A DNA stretch of 61,347 nucleotides, counting the filler. It is 14 parts of 14 records of this genome, joined end to end, with 100 filler letters (N's around TTAATTAATTAA, not from the genome) between each part and the next. Parts side by side here need not be neighbours in the genome. Positions count along the whole stretch, not along the records: positions 1 to 3,354 come from SRR7504441_107147; positions 3,455 to 10,265 come from SRR7504441_107172; positions 10,366 to 13,787 come from SRR7504441_107189; 11 more parts are not named here. One strand, written 5' to 3'. A model generated the notes under the pieces. The model saw only the letters and a list, made by a program, of their open reading frames with translations. It was not told where the DNA came from and did not search any database. The position numbers and the translations under genes were made by a program. Shown one piece after another: positions 1 through 12,141 of this stretch. Numbering within the stretch: position 1 is the first letter of the stretch; each line of letters starts with the position of its first letter.

Positions 1-85
1 CAGGCATGCCAGTACCACTGCCAGGCTGCTCATTCGGGCCGGTGGGGCGCTACCCGTCTTTATCCCAACTGCTACCGGTCTTCGT

Positions 86-2686
86 ATGCCTCTCCTGGAC
101 TGTTGCGGCGGAAACTTGCGCCCCGGTGCATCCCGTCCTGCGGAGCGGGCAGGAATGGCCTGCTGCGTAGACCGGACCCGCGACCCAGATGAGCTGGAGA
201 TGGAAGATGTGCTGCCGGAGCCGGTGGTGCTTGACCTCGACTTGCCGCTCTTCATCCGGACCGGACCGGTGATCGGTTACGTGACCGCTACAACGGCCCG
301 TGTGCTGCTCGAGGTGCCCTCCGGCCCGGGCAGCCCGGTCAGCCCGGCCAGGTGAGCAAGGACGCCGAGATCCAGTGCACGCTCCGCCCCTGCCGCCGCA
401 CGAGGGGCGATCCGACGGCTGTGTCCCGCTCCGAGAATCCACTTGCGGTGACCTGCCCGGCCGGGGCGACGGCCTCAGACCGGGCGACAGCTGGGGGCAC
501 GCGGCGACCCGGCTCCTGCGCGGTCCAGCTGCCAGCGCTTGCTGGGCAGCCGGCCTGGGGTGTTCGCCTTCGAGGGCTTGGAGCACTCGACGGCCTATGA
601 GGTGCGTGGCAGGGGGGCGGCCGGAGGAGAGGCCGGGCGCAGGTGCTGGTGAGTGACGGATCGGGTCCGATGGAGCAGACTGCCTCGTGCTTTATGACCA
701 TGCCAGCTGGTCCGACCCGGCAGCCGCTTCGGATTGCAGTCGCGAGGTGGGTGCTGGTGCTGCCGCCAGCTGAGCGTGCGCAGCTGTAACAAGATCTCGG
801 TGGTCAAGCAACTGAGCGCTCCGGGCGACTTGTGGGCCGACCTTGACCGGCGGGTTGAGGGCGACGAGATAGATATGGTCCTGCACCTGGGAGATCAGGC
901 CTGTGGGCAGGCCGAGACTGGCAGCGAGCTGGTGGTCGCAGGTGTACGCCGACGACATGATGCATGACGTGGAGGATGGCAAGGCGCGATCAGGCTGGGG
1001 GCACCGCCTGAGCCTGGCCGGGCAGAAGAAACTCCGCGATGTAGACTGCAAATTCCTCCTGGCGAAAGCGCTCCTCAGAGGTAAGCGCTTCATCCAGGCT
1101 TGTGCAGCGAGAGGGTGCCACAGGCAAGGACATCGCGACCTGGCCGGATTACACCGACCGTGTGTGTGAACTGTACCGCGGTCTCAGCCCGGGACGGGCC
1201 GGCTGATTGGGCGGGTAGATATATACAGGGAAACCTGGGCTCACCCAGCCACGCGGCGGGTGCTGGCCAACGTTTCGAATGTGATGATCATGGACGATCA
1301 CGAGATACGCGACGACTGGGGCGACGATCCAGCCGACCAGGCGCCCCACCGTCGGCCAGGGCCGCGCGAGCGGTGGCAGGAACGCGGCACGATTGACCAC
1401 TTCATAGCGCGGTGGGCAATTATGAGCTCACAGGCTCAGCCGGATCCAGGTGTGGATTTCGGGTCTTTTGCGAATATCAGGGCCAACTGTACTCGGACGT
1501 CCAGTTTGAAGACGGTGCCGTCCAGCCGCTGCAGGCAGGCCCAATCAGGCGCGGGCAGACAAGTTCCTGCATAGCGTGCAAGACCGACAATTTGCGCTGG
1601 ACGGGCACCTCGGAGTGGTACTAGTGGACATGCGCGCCGCCCGAACCTTTCACAACGACCCAGGTCGGCCACCAGCGGCGCTGCGGCTGACTGCCGGCCA
1701 GCGGACAAGGCAGTGGTGCTCGGGTCGGAGCAATGGGCGCGAGTGGAGGCGGCGCTGGCCCCTCCTCTTGACTCGACTGGAGCGGAGATGAGTTGGGATC
1801 AAGACAGCCAACTCTGGCGGTCCGGCGGTCTGGGGTCTGGCGAAGTGCGGCATCCGGGTGGGCCGGGCGGCGGGCTGCTCACAGACGTCGATACGCTGCT
1901 GTTCGGGGCCGGTGCGCGCACTGGCAGCTGATTGTGCGAGCCTATGTCAGGGGTGCCGCTATGCTTTTACAACTCGAATCTGACCGAGAGGCTGGGCAAA
2001 AACGTCAAGGCGGTGGACGACCTGCTCGGGCATTGGTCGTACGAACCGCACCAGCCGGAGCAAACCAGGGTGTTTGAACTGATCGACAAGTGGAAGGGCG
2101 CCAAGCCCGGGCGGGAAGTGGTGGTGCTGGGTGGCGATGTGCATGTAGGGGGGTTCACAACGCTCAAGAAACGGGTGGGTTGACCGCCCTGAGGCGGCGC
2201 GATGTGGGCCAGGGCCGGCCGCTGGCACTGCAGTTCTTTTGCAGCTCGATAGGAAACACTAGATTTCATCCTTTGGTGGAGAGTGAGCGCTGCATGGGCG
2301 TGTCGTGGGCTGATCTGAGGATGGCAGTTGGGATAAGGATGATGGGTGGGGACATCGGGCTAATGAATTCAGACGAAAAAGTGAATGAGACTTTTGGGTT
2401 CCGGCACCATGATTGGATTGCGGATCGAAACTACGGTATAATCGAGGTGCAGCCAGAGCTGCCGAGCACCGCAAAGCTCTCGCAGAGGTTGCCCTACTCT
2501 ATGCCCTTACATCAGGTTGAGCTGCTGGTCAGGTGCTCATGCCGGTTGATATGCGCCAAGGAGGACGCGATAGAGGAGGGACCTGTGTTTGAATGGTGCT
2601 GCCTGCCTCTTGCGAAGGCCAGCATGTGGTGCAGGAGCGACTCCAAGCCTGGTGACTATTGTACGTGCAAGTGCACGATACAGTAG
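86..2686 (+). CDS. PhoD-like (alkaline phosphatase D family) metallophosphatase, about 10 or more introns, C-terminal CaaX
   Basis: Spliced motifs: GPVIGYVTATTARVLLE|V, VLHLGDQ|VYADD (GC-AG intron 899-941), YRETWAHP..LANVSNVMIMDDHEIRDDWG, VLVDMR, LGSEQW, VLGGDVHVG. Ends CTCKCTIQ* at 2684-2686. The start codon and some internal junctions are uncertain. Confidence 0.8.
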
Positions 2687-2989
2687 CCGTTCTCTAGTGG
2701 TGCCAAGGCTGTACACAGGCATAACGTATGAAGTTCACTTGTCAAGATGGCGACTTTTGCCGCCATGATAACGTCATGACACGCCATAAGCGTCAATGAT
2801 ATGATCACTAGTTGTTAAGCGATCGCGCAATTACTGCGTGATTCCAAGCCAATTAAGGTAATTTCAAGAACACATTGATTAGAACTGTCGATTCGAATTA
2901 AGTTCATAATTATACAGTTGTCAGTTGTGCTGGTAATACAATCGTAGGAGGTAGCCTAGGATAAGCCTAGGATAACACAATCACATAAT

Positions 2990-3354
2990 TCACATTGTAG
3001 GAGATAGCACGCTGTCAAAGAATTGGTGCATATCTTGGATTAGGGAAGCTGCGTACTCATGGTTGAGCCAATGGCTTGCGTCTGGGTAAAACTTGAGCTT
3101 GGACTTCGGGTGCGGGAAGAAGACCGACTGGTCCGGGTTGGCCTCGATCATAGTGTCAGCAATGATGAAAGGGTCGTTCCCGGGGTGCAGCTGCAGGGTT
3201 GGAACAGTGACCTGGGTGTATGGACTCCACATACTGGGCGAAATGCCACCAAAAAGCCCCGGTGGCAGCAAGCCTTTGAGCAGCCAAATACAGCCTGCTG
3301 TGTACCAAGTAGTGAGCACAGAGCGCTGACCATCGGGAATCGTGCGGTGGTAGA
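2990..3354 (-). CDS. alpha/beta hydrolase (epoxide-hydrolase-like), C-terminal fragment, 5' truncated by contig end
   Basis: QVTVPTLQLHPGNDPFI (acid region) and KLKFYPDASHWLNHE (catalytic His motif). Confidence 0.6.
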
Positions 3355-3454
3355 NNNNNNNNNNNNNNNNNNNNNNNNNNNNNNNNNNNNNNNNNNNNTT
3401 AATTAATTAANNNNNNNNNNNNNNNNNNNNNNNNNNNNNNNNNNNNNNNNNNNN
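3355..3454. other. Artificial contig-joining spacer (44N-TTAATTAATTAA-44N), first of 13
   Basis: Identical 100-nt spacers with stops in all six frames also occur at 10266-10365, 13788-13887, 17394-17493, 20561-20660, 25368-25467, 29732-29831, 34669-34768, 41047-41146, 45579-45678, 50910-51009, 54530-54629 and 57676-57775. Confidence 0.99.
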
Positions 3455-6400
3455 TCCCTAGTTGGCGCTGATCTGAGTCCCCCGACGATGCTTGCTCTGC
3501 AATCGGCGACAGCCCAATAACAGAACTCCGTGCCTCAGAACCCCGCCCAAAGGCTGCAGAGTCGCTCATAGACATTTGCGACGACATGTGGCCTGTGCTT
3601 GAAATTGAAGTACCACCGAGCGACTCATTCCGACAGATCCTCGTGAGCTCGTTGGCTGCACTGCTGCTTGTCATGAGCTGAATTGATGCATGGGTCACTT
3701 CATGGACATTGCTCCCGCACTGCACAACACAACCAGTGAGTTGGCTTCTGCCTCAGGAAATGCCATGAGCACCTGGGCAAAGATCTCAAGTATCCGCTCC
3801 CTAGCCTCTTCAGTGTCCGCATACACAACAACTGAGAACCTTCTGTCGTCGATTAAACCATCGTCGGCCTCCTGGTCGTTCACAGGGCAAGACAGCATGA
3901 TGGCATAGCTGCTATCCTGCTGCGTCAGATCTGGTCCCTCACCAGCCGCGGGCTGAGGACCACTCTCCGACTCAACAAGGCTCCTCAGGTAGGAGCTCCG
4001 CCTGCGGTCATCAATCGTGTATCCGGCTTCGGCTGTGTCCGAATACACATCAGCGCTATCGCACTCGGAGCAGAACAGCACAACCTGCCACCCACTCGAT
4101 TCTGGGCAAGCCGAGGAATTTTACACACCTCCTGTTCCAGACGGTGGCATGATTTTCTATCGCCATGGCAAAGCTTCATCGTCCAAGCAGAGTACTTGAG
4201 CGCAAATTTAGAATCAGCAGTCAGGACAGTAACGTATCGCGCCGTGGTGCTGTCGTGCTTACTCCTACATTCAAAGATGTAGAGATGCGCCCTTGCTGTT
4301 GCCATGTCCAGGGCACTGTCAAACATGACAGGTGTGTGATGCAGCATCTGCACCACATGCTCCAAAAGCTTCCGTGCCTTGAACACTTTTGAAATATAAA
4401 CAAACCTGTGAGGAAACATATGAGTTACGCTAAGTACCAGCACTCGACCTGTTCACTGTGCTTGCTGCTGCCTGCTTCAGCCTCTTTCTCTGTGAGGCCT
4501 CCTCTGTCCAATAACAGCTCAGGGGAGCCAACCCCAGGCTTGGCACCGGCCATGTCCCCTATCTGGATGATCCTGTGCCGGGCTGCCCTCAGCGCGGCAA
4601 AGTCTGGTCCGAAATGCTCGGGAAGCTGCAGATTATCCGTAGGCAGGTCCATGGAGCACAGTTTCTTGGGATCCAATACTTTAAGGGCATCTTTCAGCCT
4701 ATCCGGAATCTGGGCTAGATATTCTGCACATGTTGTCAGTATTCAGATCAAGGGAAGGTAAGCACCTAGGGGTCGCTGCATCAAGTGCTCCAGGTTGACA
4801 TTCAAATCGAGTTCCTTCTTAATCTTGCGATCCATTTCGCTGCAGAATTTTTTAAACCCTGGCATCCTGAGGAAGTTGCGCACTGCTTCCTGCCTCTCCT
4901 CAAGAGACGCCAAGTAATCTGCAAATCTGGTGCACAGGCAAGCATCAGTCGCATATTACTCGGTGGTTATGTTACATTTCAGTATCTGCTTCATATATGC
5001 TGCCAGAAAAGAAGGCTATTGGAGCTTTGTTTGTCTTCATAAGCTTGAAATAATGGGAAATTTCGGTCGAATGCCTGTAAAATCTGACAAAATACGGCAT
5101 CATGGGGGGCAACGTGCTTCACAGGCTTACCTGTCGACCGAAGGAGGAAAGATTTGGCTCAATTCATCGTCATCCAAGATTTTGATTTCTTCGTCGTCGA
5201 TATCAAAGCATCGTAGATCATCCTTGTACATAGCCAGCAATTTCATGCTATCGTGCACATAAATTGAATGAAACTCGCAGGCATTGTATGCCAGCTCTAT
5301 GACCCTTTCACAGCGCTTCTTCAAATCTAATGAAAGCTCCATGCCTGAGCCAGCATTGTTTTCAGAGCTGACATTACAAATGTACTCGTGATTATTGACC
5401 ACAGATGAATACAAATCCCTTGCATTCTTTGACCACACTGAAAGGCCAGCATCGTCCACAATTCCACGGGCTGCTGGCTCGAGGGTGTAGTTACAATTGC
5501 AGTAGCTCGACCGAAATTGGGTGTCAAACGCTCTTGCCCGCAGCTCATCGGTGTCCAACACGCCATCTTTGTTGAAGTCATACTTGTCAAACTCAGAGGC
5601 TGTATACTTGCGCATGAAAGCCTCTCTCGTGACACACCCATTAAATTCTAGATCCAACTTATCGGCAAATATTTGTGCCTGCAGTTGTAATTCTTCCAGA
5701 CCATCTGTTGTGACTACTTCGACAAGCGGTGGCATGTTTGGGTCAACAGAGCCAGCGTCCGCCAGTGAGGCTCTGAATGCGGGCTGATCACTGAATTCAG
5801 ACAGTACCGCAGCGTGATCTGCCACTTGATTGATGCACTTAGCCCTCTTGGCTCTCTCGATCTACAACATTCAATCAGCACGCACAGAGCCAGCCGCTCT
5901 TTAGATTGGACTCACCACCCGAATCAGGAAATTGGCACGGAATCGACTCTCGAGGAGGCATGACCTCTGGTACAACCTGACCAGCACATAGATCTGAAGA
6001 GCGTGCTCTCTTCCTCCTTGGAACCACTGAGCATGGTCCATGTGCTTGGTAAGCTGCTGCTGAAGTTCACGAGCAGGGATGTAGTCATAGTTCAAAAAAC
6101 GCAGATCATACTGCCGAATGACCACATCGAGTCAATTGACACAAGCAAGCAGTTAACCAGGCAGCACCTCTTTTGTGGGGACATGACGCCCCCAGAAAAA
6201 TTCCAGAGTTTTTTCCAGGCGTTCTTTCACAGCGCTCAATGCTCCAGTCTCCTGTTGGCAATCGTCGCCGCTTTGCCCTGCTTCAATTGCTACTGTGTTC
6301 GTGGTGAGTTCCTGAGAGTTGGAGCGGTCCATGATGACATTTCTGGTACTGGAGCGATTGACATGGTGCGGACTTGTGCGGGGCGAGTCCATGGATCGCT

Positions 6401-9400
6401 CTGCATGTAACCAAGGTGCAACAGCCAATGTCACGAGTTCCAGCTCGGACTTGAATGCCAGGGTGCTTGCATCGTTTTTCATTTGCTCGTCCACATAAAA
6501 CAGAGATGCTCCGTGATCAAACCAGAATCGAGTTATCTGACACAGAAGACACAAATGAGGCATCGCTTATTGCAGGCTAGCACCTGGACGTGGTGTGCAA
6601 TATCGAATCCTAACAGGCCCAATGTCACCAAGAATAGTCCAGTACACGTAGTGATTTCATATCGAAGAGCTGTAGCATCAGGGGGCATGCTTGTAGTTAG
6701 ACACATTACCCCACCTATGGTACAAAGTATGCAACCGATATAGCCCAGTCCTGATCCATGATTACTCATCGACACCTTGGAGTTATCAGGCCGCATGGTC
6801 CACAGTGGCAGGAAGCTCTTGAATCGAACGATGAGACGGTTCTCCCACAGGCTAAAACTCAACGCCAGTACTACAATTATTAATTGCGCATAGAACATCG
6901 CGAATATGAGTTGCCAAAGCATGACGCTGATGTCAGTTCGGTCCTGCCCTCCGGAGTCAGGAAAGCACAGCGAGCGGTCAGTTGGATGGGGATCTACCTT
7001 GAGCTGCCACCCGCCCACCCCAGAACTCAAACCCAAGAGCGCCGCCAGGATCAAGTAAGTGAATGCCAGGCGGCGAGCGAAGTACTTGTTTGCCTCTGCG
7101 CTGTCGTGCCTGGTTCGAATAAATCTGGGTACAACGCACGCTCAGTAAATTGTACAGCAAAGTGGCCTCTGACCTCAAAGCATAATGCATGGCGATTCCG
7201 ACAAGAATGAGATAGACCACTGCGCTCACAGTGAAATAAGTCGCATTTAGAAACTGCCAGAAAGAGGTAAGACTCGACTGGCAGACTTGCAAGGGTAAAT
7301 CTCATCCCAAGGGTGGATTCTTTGACACACTTAAGAAACGCAAAAAGGCGATCACCTTGTCCAGGTCGTAGCCTCCTGATGTGCTCACTAAAACCTGAAG
7401 AGTCACGATGAATCCGATGAAATAGAGGAACCCCAACACTGGAGTCCAGCGCAGATAGTTATGCCTGTAGAAGCCGGTCCATACGTCTGCGTTGTATGTG
7501 AGCGCAGCTGCATCCAACCACAAGATGGCAAAGGTAACAATGAGCAGCCGAAGATCAAAGGTGCTGCTATTGCTCGGGCGCCATGTAGTGTGTTGTATGA
7601 ATGTTTTATACTCACAATTGGGCAAGCACCAGTAGATGATGTTCAGTACAAGCATCTTCATTCCGTTCCAGTAGTTGATATTCGTGTCATACATCTTTGA
7701 ATTCCGAAACACATCGGCCCGGGCCTTTGCAAGGACGAGGCACAGATTATCTGCGATCAGCATGTTGATTGTCCATATCACAAAGAAGTCCGGCAGAACA
7801 GCAAAGCTGACGCTGCCCGCCAGGATGAGTGCCACACCCTGTGCTTTCAAGAGTTTCACACAATTCGTATAGTGGGTTCTGTCGTCTGGCTTCAGGGTAA
7901 GGTTAGCATCCATGCGACGATATAGCAACAGCCTTAGTGGGTGGTGCAAACTTCTGAAATTGAACCCCAAAGCCTTACATTCCCTGTAGACCAAGGCCGA
8001 CAAAACAATTGCCGGCAAAGTGCCAACCCCAATCACAAAAGGGACAGCCGGAAGCATCGGATTCCCCAGTGAGCTTAGGACTGAAGGATCGGTCTCCTTG
8101 ATGATATAAATGATTAGGAAGACCAAGCAAACTACCATGCAGAGCAGAAAAGAAACCCATCCGCGAGATTTTGCCACATCCCGCCGGTCCAGGAGCACGT
8201 TGACGCGCTCCTGGTCCCTCTGCTGCATGCGCTCACCTCTGTCGACCCTCTCCCAGATTGGCCCGCTAACCTCTGCTGGTAACTTATCCAAATCCCGTCC
8301 TCGCCAGTCTTTATGCTCAACGTAAGCAATCCGTTTGAACGCCAGGGCCCTGCTCACCCTCGGTCAGGCTAATTTCTATGCTAAAAGACCTGATCTTTGC
8401 AATCTCAGGTTCAATGCTGCAAACGGCCCGAACGGTGACATACATGATGCACCATGTGAGCACACAGATTTGGATCAGCAGAGCTCCAAAGAGAATCCAG
8501 GTCAGGCTGGTCCCTTCCACATACACTTCTGGCAGGGCAGTGTGATACACAATTACATGCACCAGGCTGTAGAGCGTGTGAGCCACTAGAACAACGACAT
8601 ATATCGGCCCAAACTCACTCATCCGCCTTTTCAACACTTTCCGGACACAGTAATTCCGGCACATGAGGGCGTCTAGCCAGCCCATCTCCTCGGTTCCCGT
8701 AGTCTCTAATGCGTAAGATTCGCGCATTTCGGCGAATGACTGTCTTCCTTCCATCTGAAAGAGGGCCTTGTAGTCCTCACGCTGCAGCATTACATCTATT
8801 GCGGATGGGAATGCCATCCGTGAGGCGCTGAACGAGAGCATAGAGGCCACAAGCACAAACACAACAGGTTCGATTAGGAATGGGGTCGTGAACGTGGCGA
8901 TGCAAAATACCTGGCCAGCGCTCAACTGGCATCAATAGCGGCTGGCACCGCCACTCGGACGATGATCGACATGAATAGCAGCATAAACAGAGTTCGCTTA
9001 TTATGTGCCATGTTCTGCTCACTGAGCGTGCCAATGCCATCAACACCCGTGACCACGCCAAAGTCCACAACAATCACGAACAGCGCGCACTCGAGCTGCA
9101 CTCGGCAGGTTCAGTCCCCGACCTCACTAGGCTGGCTAGCAGGCTATGAGGGTTGGAGCAGTGACCGCAAGAGTCCACGAATCTCCAAACCAATGCCCCC
9201 ACAGTCCAATGAACACAACAAATGTTACTATGTCCAGCAAGAATATGATAGATGAATGAAACGCTGCGGTGGACTGCTCCTGAGAACACAGCGCCGATCT
9301 CACCAAGGTACAGACCATTGGCAAGACACCTGCATTGTGGCTTGCCTCTGCTCGCGCTTCCCATCTTTTTCTTGGAGCAGCCCCTGGGAGTCGCACTTGA

Positions 9401-10211
9401 GCTGTAGAAACACGCTGTGAAGCACCTGCCGGCAGGGCTCAGCGCCCGGCATCGGCACTCAAACCAGGAGCTCGCTCAGCATTAGAGAAAGCGTGAGCAC
9501 CTGCCCACCCATGAGCACAGACAGGCAGCTCAGCGCACATAGGTCTTCTCCCAGTTGTTAATCGTAATGCACATGAGGAACACCGGCACCAGCGCGAAGG
9601 CGAAGTACCCGAACCCTGTTGGTTTAATCCGACTCCCCCGCAGCCCGCAGAATACAGACGGCACGCTCTGACTGCCGGCGGCATCGGCGTGCATCGGCTT
9701 CCACTCCCAGCCCCAGGCGTGCAGCGCCGCGGCCGCGTAGATGAACACCAGGCCGAGTAGCACCAGTGTGCACATTACCACTGGGATGTAAACGCACTCG
9801 GAGCTCACAGAGAGGTCGATAAAAGCCGCCACCATTAGCACAAATGGAGAAATGACCAATGCGATCGTGCCCACCGCCAGCACTTCGCCCAGGCACGAAT
9901 ACATCTGCCTGCCCGTCAGGTGGGCCCGGCCGCCGCGGCGCACCTTGTCGGATACGTTGGAGGAGGCGATCCAGCCCAGCACAATGGTGGGCCTGACGTT
10001 GAAGGCGAGCTGGGTGAGGATCTTCATGCTGATCGGCAGGGTCACCGCCAAGGCCACAGCATAGTATGGAATCCGCGACTGCAACCGAGCAGCTCACAGC
10101 ACCGGCCTGGCGGCGAGGGCCTACCGCGTCCCAGCCGTCATTTCCTTCGCTCTGGCGCCAGACCTGGAAGCAATCGGCCTCGTCCGCACCGAAAGTCGGT
10201 CTGCCAGGCAT
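3455..10211 (-). CDS. Very large multi-exon polytopic membrane protein with EF-hand and C-terminal DH-PH (RhoGEF-like) module, 3' truncated
   Basis: Successive minus-strand ORFs join through short GT-AG introns with no AT-rich intergenic break. Many hydrophobic helices lie in 6530-10080. EF loop DFNKDGVLDTDE (5544-5579). DH-like KRCERVIELAYNACEFHSIYVHD..ELSQIFP..EIFADYLASLEE..FKKFC..LEHLMQRPLEYLAQIPDRLKDALK..AALRAA. PH-like end VVYADTEEARERILEIF. Confidence 0.55.
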
Positions 10212-10365
10212 CGCCCGGCCCGCCTCCGCTCACAAACGGGTCACCCAGGGCATTACTGCCCCCCCNNNNNNNNNNNNNNNNNNNNNNNNNNNNNNNNNNN
10301 NNNNNNNNNTTAATTAATTAANNNNNNNNNNNNNNNNNNNNNNNNNNNNNNNNNNNNNNNNNNNN

Positions 10366-11172
10366 GCCCGGGCTTTCGACTGGCGCCCGAGCCTGGTCGA
10401 CGGCCAGCTGGTGATGCACCACGGCGACGTAACTGTCCACAAGCCAATGGCCGACGCGCTCCACGAGATGTTAGCCTGGGCAGCGGCCAACGGGACCGGC
10501 CCTGAGGAGCTCGTGGTGCTCGCGCTGGCCGATTGCAGCGGGGACGGCTGCGCGGCGGCAGTGGCGACGTTGCTGGCGGCGCACAATGTAACCTACATCA
10601 CAGATTGCTCCGGGCTAGATGGGCTCACGGTAGACCGAGCGTTCGAGACGAGCAAGCTACCGGGCGGGGGGGCGCTCTTGGCGATCAACGGCTGCTGGGA
10701 GGGCAACTACGACCCTACAGTGGCGTGCTCCGGCTTTGGTGGATCCGAACTGGCTGCTCGGGCGGATTCAAGAGCTGACCTGCAGGCGGCTGTGTGGCGT
10801 GCGGGTAATCTGACGGCTGAGCGGGCGGAGGAGGCGCTGGCCTACACGTGCTACAAGGACTCGAGCACTCGGGACCTGCCGGTCAACCGAATGTTGAGCT
10901 ACATCAACAAGACCGCGCAGGCGGGGCCTCCAGCAGGCGGGCAGCTTTACACAATTCAGTGCCTCTGGCAGGAGTCGACTAATTCCGTTGTGGTGGGCGA
11001 ACTGCACGGCTCGTCGTTGCTCGACGATGAGCAGCGATCCGGGCTGAACGGGATTGTGACTCAGCTGATTCGAGAAGGGTCAATCCCGACCGGTCAGCTG
11101 AATATGGTGGAGGTCAACAACGTCTGCGACGGCGGGCTGCAGCTGCTCGCCGCCTTGCGCGCCTTGCCATAG
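10366..11172 (+). CDS. PLC-like phosphodiesterase (PI-PLC X-domain/TIM-barrel), 5' truncated
   Basis: RAFDWRPSLVDGQLVMHHG (R-x-D-x-R...H motif), ELVVL, LNMVEVNNV; open frame from the contig start to TAG at 11170-11172. Confidence 0.55.
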   Translation, partial: ARAFDWRPSLVDGQLVMHHGDVTVHKPMADALHEMLAWAAANGTGPEELVVLALADCSGDGCAAAVATLLAAHNVTYITDCSGLDGLTVDRAFETSKLPGGGALLAINGCWEGNYDPTVACSGFGGSELAARADSRADLQAAVWRAGNLTAERAEEALAYTCYKDSSTRDLPVNRMLSYINKTAQAGPPAGGQLYTIQCLWQESTNSVVVGELHGSSLLDDEQRSGLNGIVTQLIREGSIPTGQLNMVEVNNVCDGGLQLLAALRALP

Positions 11173-11280
11173 GCAGCCGCCTCCAAGTAGTCCTGTCTAC
11201 ATGTTTATGGACAGTAAAAGTCTTTATGGATATGTACGAGTGTATAATTATTTGAAGAATTCTGCGGCCGACCAGCATGC

Positions 11281-12086
11281 TTAGTTGTACGGGTCCACCA
11301 GCAGCTCGAGCACGGCGTTCTCCCCGATCCCGTAGTCGCACAGCCTCGACTCCGGCCGGAGCTGCACGTGCATCCCTTGCATCCCGTACTGCAGCCTCAT
11401 CTTGTCCGGCGTCCTCCCGACCTCAACACTCAAGTCTGCCAGAAGCTGGCCCACAGTCCCGTTCGGATCAGCATCGCAGCTCCGGGTAAAGTCGGTGCCG
11501 GCCACGTGCCGGGCCAGCTGGCGCACCAGCAGGCGGATGGTGGGCCCGCGCAGCTTGCGCACCAGGTTTACTCTCTGGCCTGACCGCAGCATGTACTCCC
11601 CAAAGGACCGGTTGGGCTGCCAGCAACAGTCAGGCCAGACAAGATCAGCCGGGTGCCTGGAGCACGCCGGGCCCAGCCACCAGCCGGTACTGATCGGCTT
11701 CGCGCGGGTGGATCTTGCCGGTGCTGGCCAGTTGGGCCATCAGTTCGGGCACCGCGTCGTCCGGCCGAACGAAATACTCTCCGATTAGCCCGAGCGACCC
11801 AGCCTGCGGGTGGGCGGCGTCCGACCGGTGCACCCGGAGCAGTATGCACTCGTGTTCCTGGCCGTAGCCCCACACGTGGTCGTGCGTGCGGGCGGTATTG
11901 GCGATGAAGGCCGGACTGGCCAACTCGGCCATCTCCAGCTCCTTCTGAAGCCCAGCCGGGGTGGCCCGGTCACCGAGCGGCAGCACGTACCCGCGTGGCG
12001 GCCACACACCCCGGAATTCGGCCTGCCCCCCTGTCAGCCGCAGCCCCGAGCCCCGCCCAGCGCGCCTCGGTCCTGTAGTATGCCAT
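11281..12086 (-). CDS. Protein with two ubiquitin-like domains, 2 GC-AG introns
   Basis: MAYYRTE|AEFRGVW (intron 12023-12065) and YRLVAGPGVLQ|PNRSFGEYMLRSGQRVNLV (intron 11617-11656). Second Ubl: TVGQL..MRLQYG..LRPESRLCDYGIGENAVLEL. Confidence 0.6.
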
Positions 12087-12141
12087 TGTAATAACGGCCG
12101 TCATCAGCGGCGGCACCAGGGGCGGCACCGCAGGGGGGGGG

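Noticed and set aside
1522-1580. Possible GG-AG non-canonical intron in the PhoD gene
   Set aside because: An alternative GC donor a few bases upstream restores the same frame, so a GG donor cannot be supported without RNA data.
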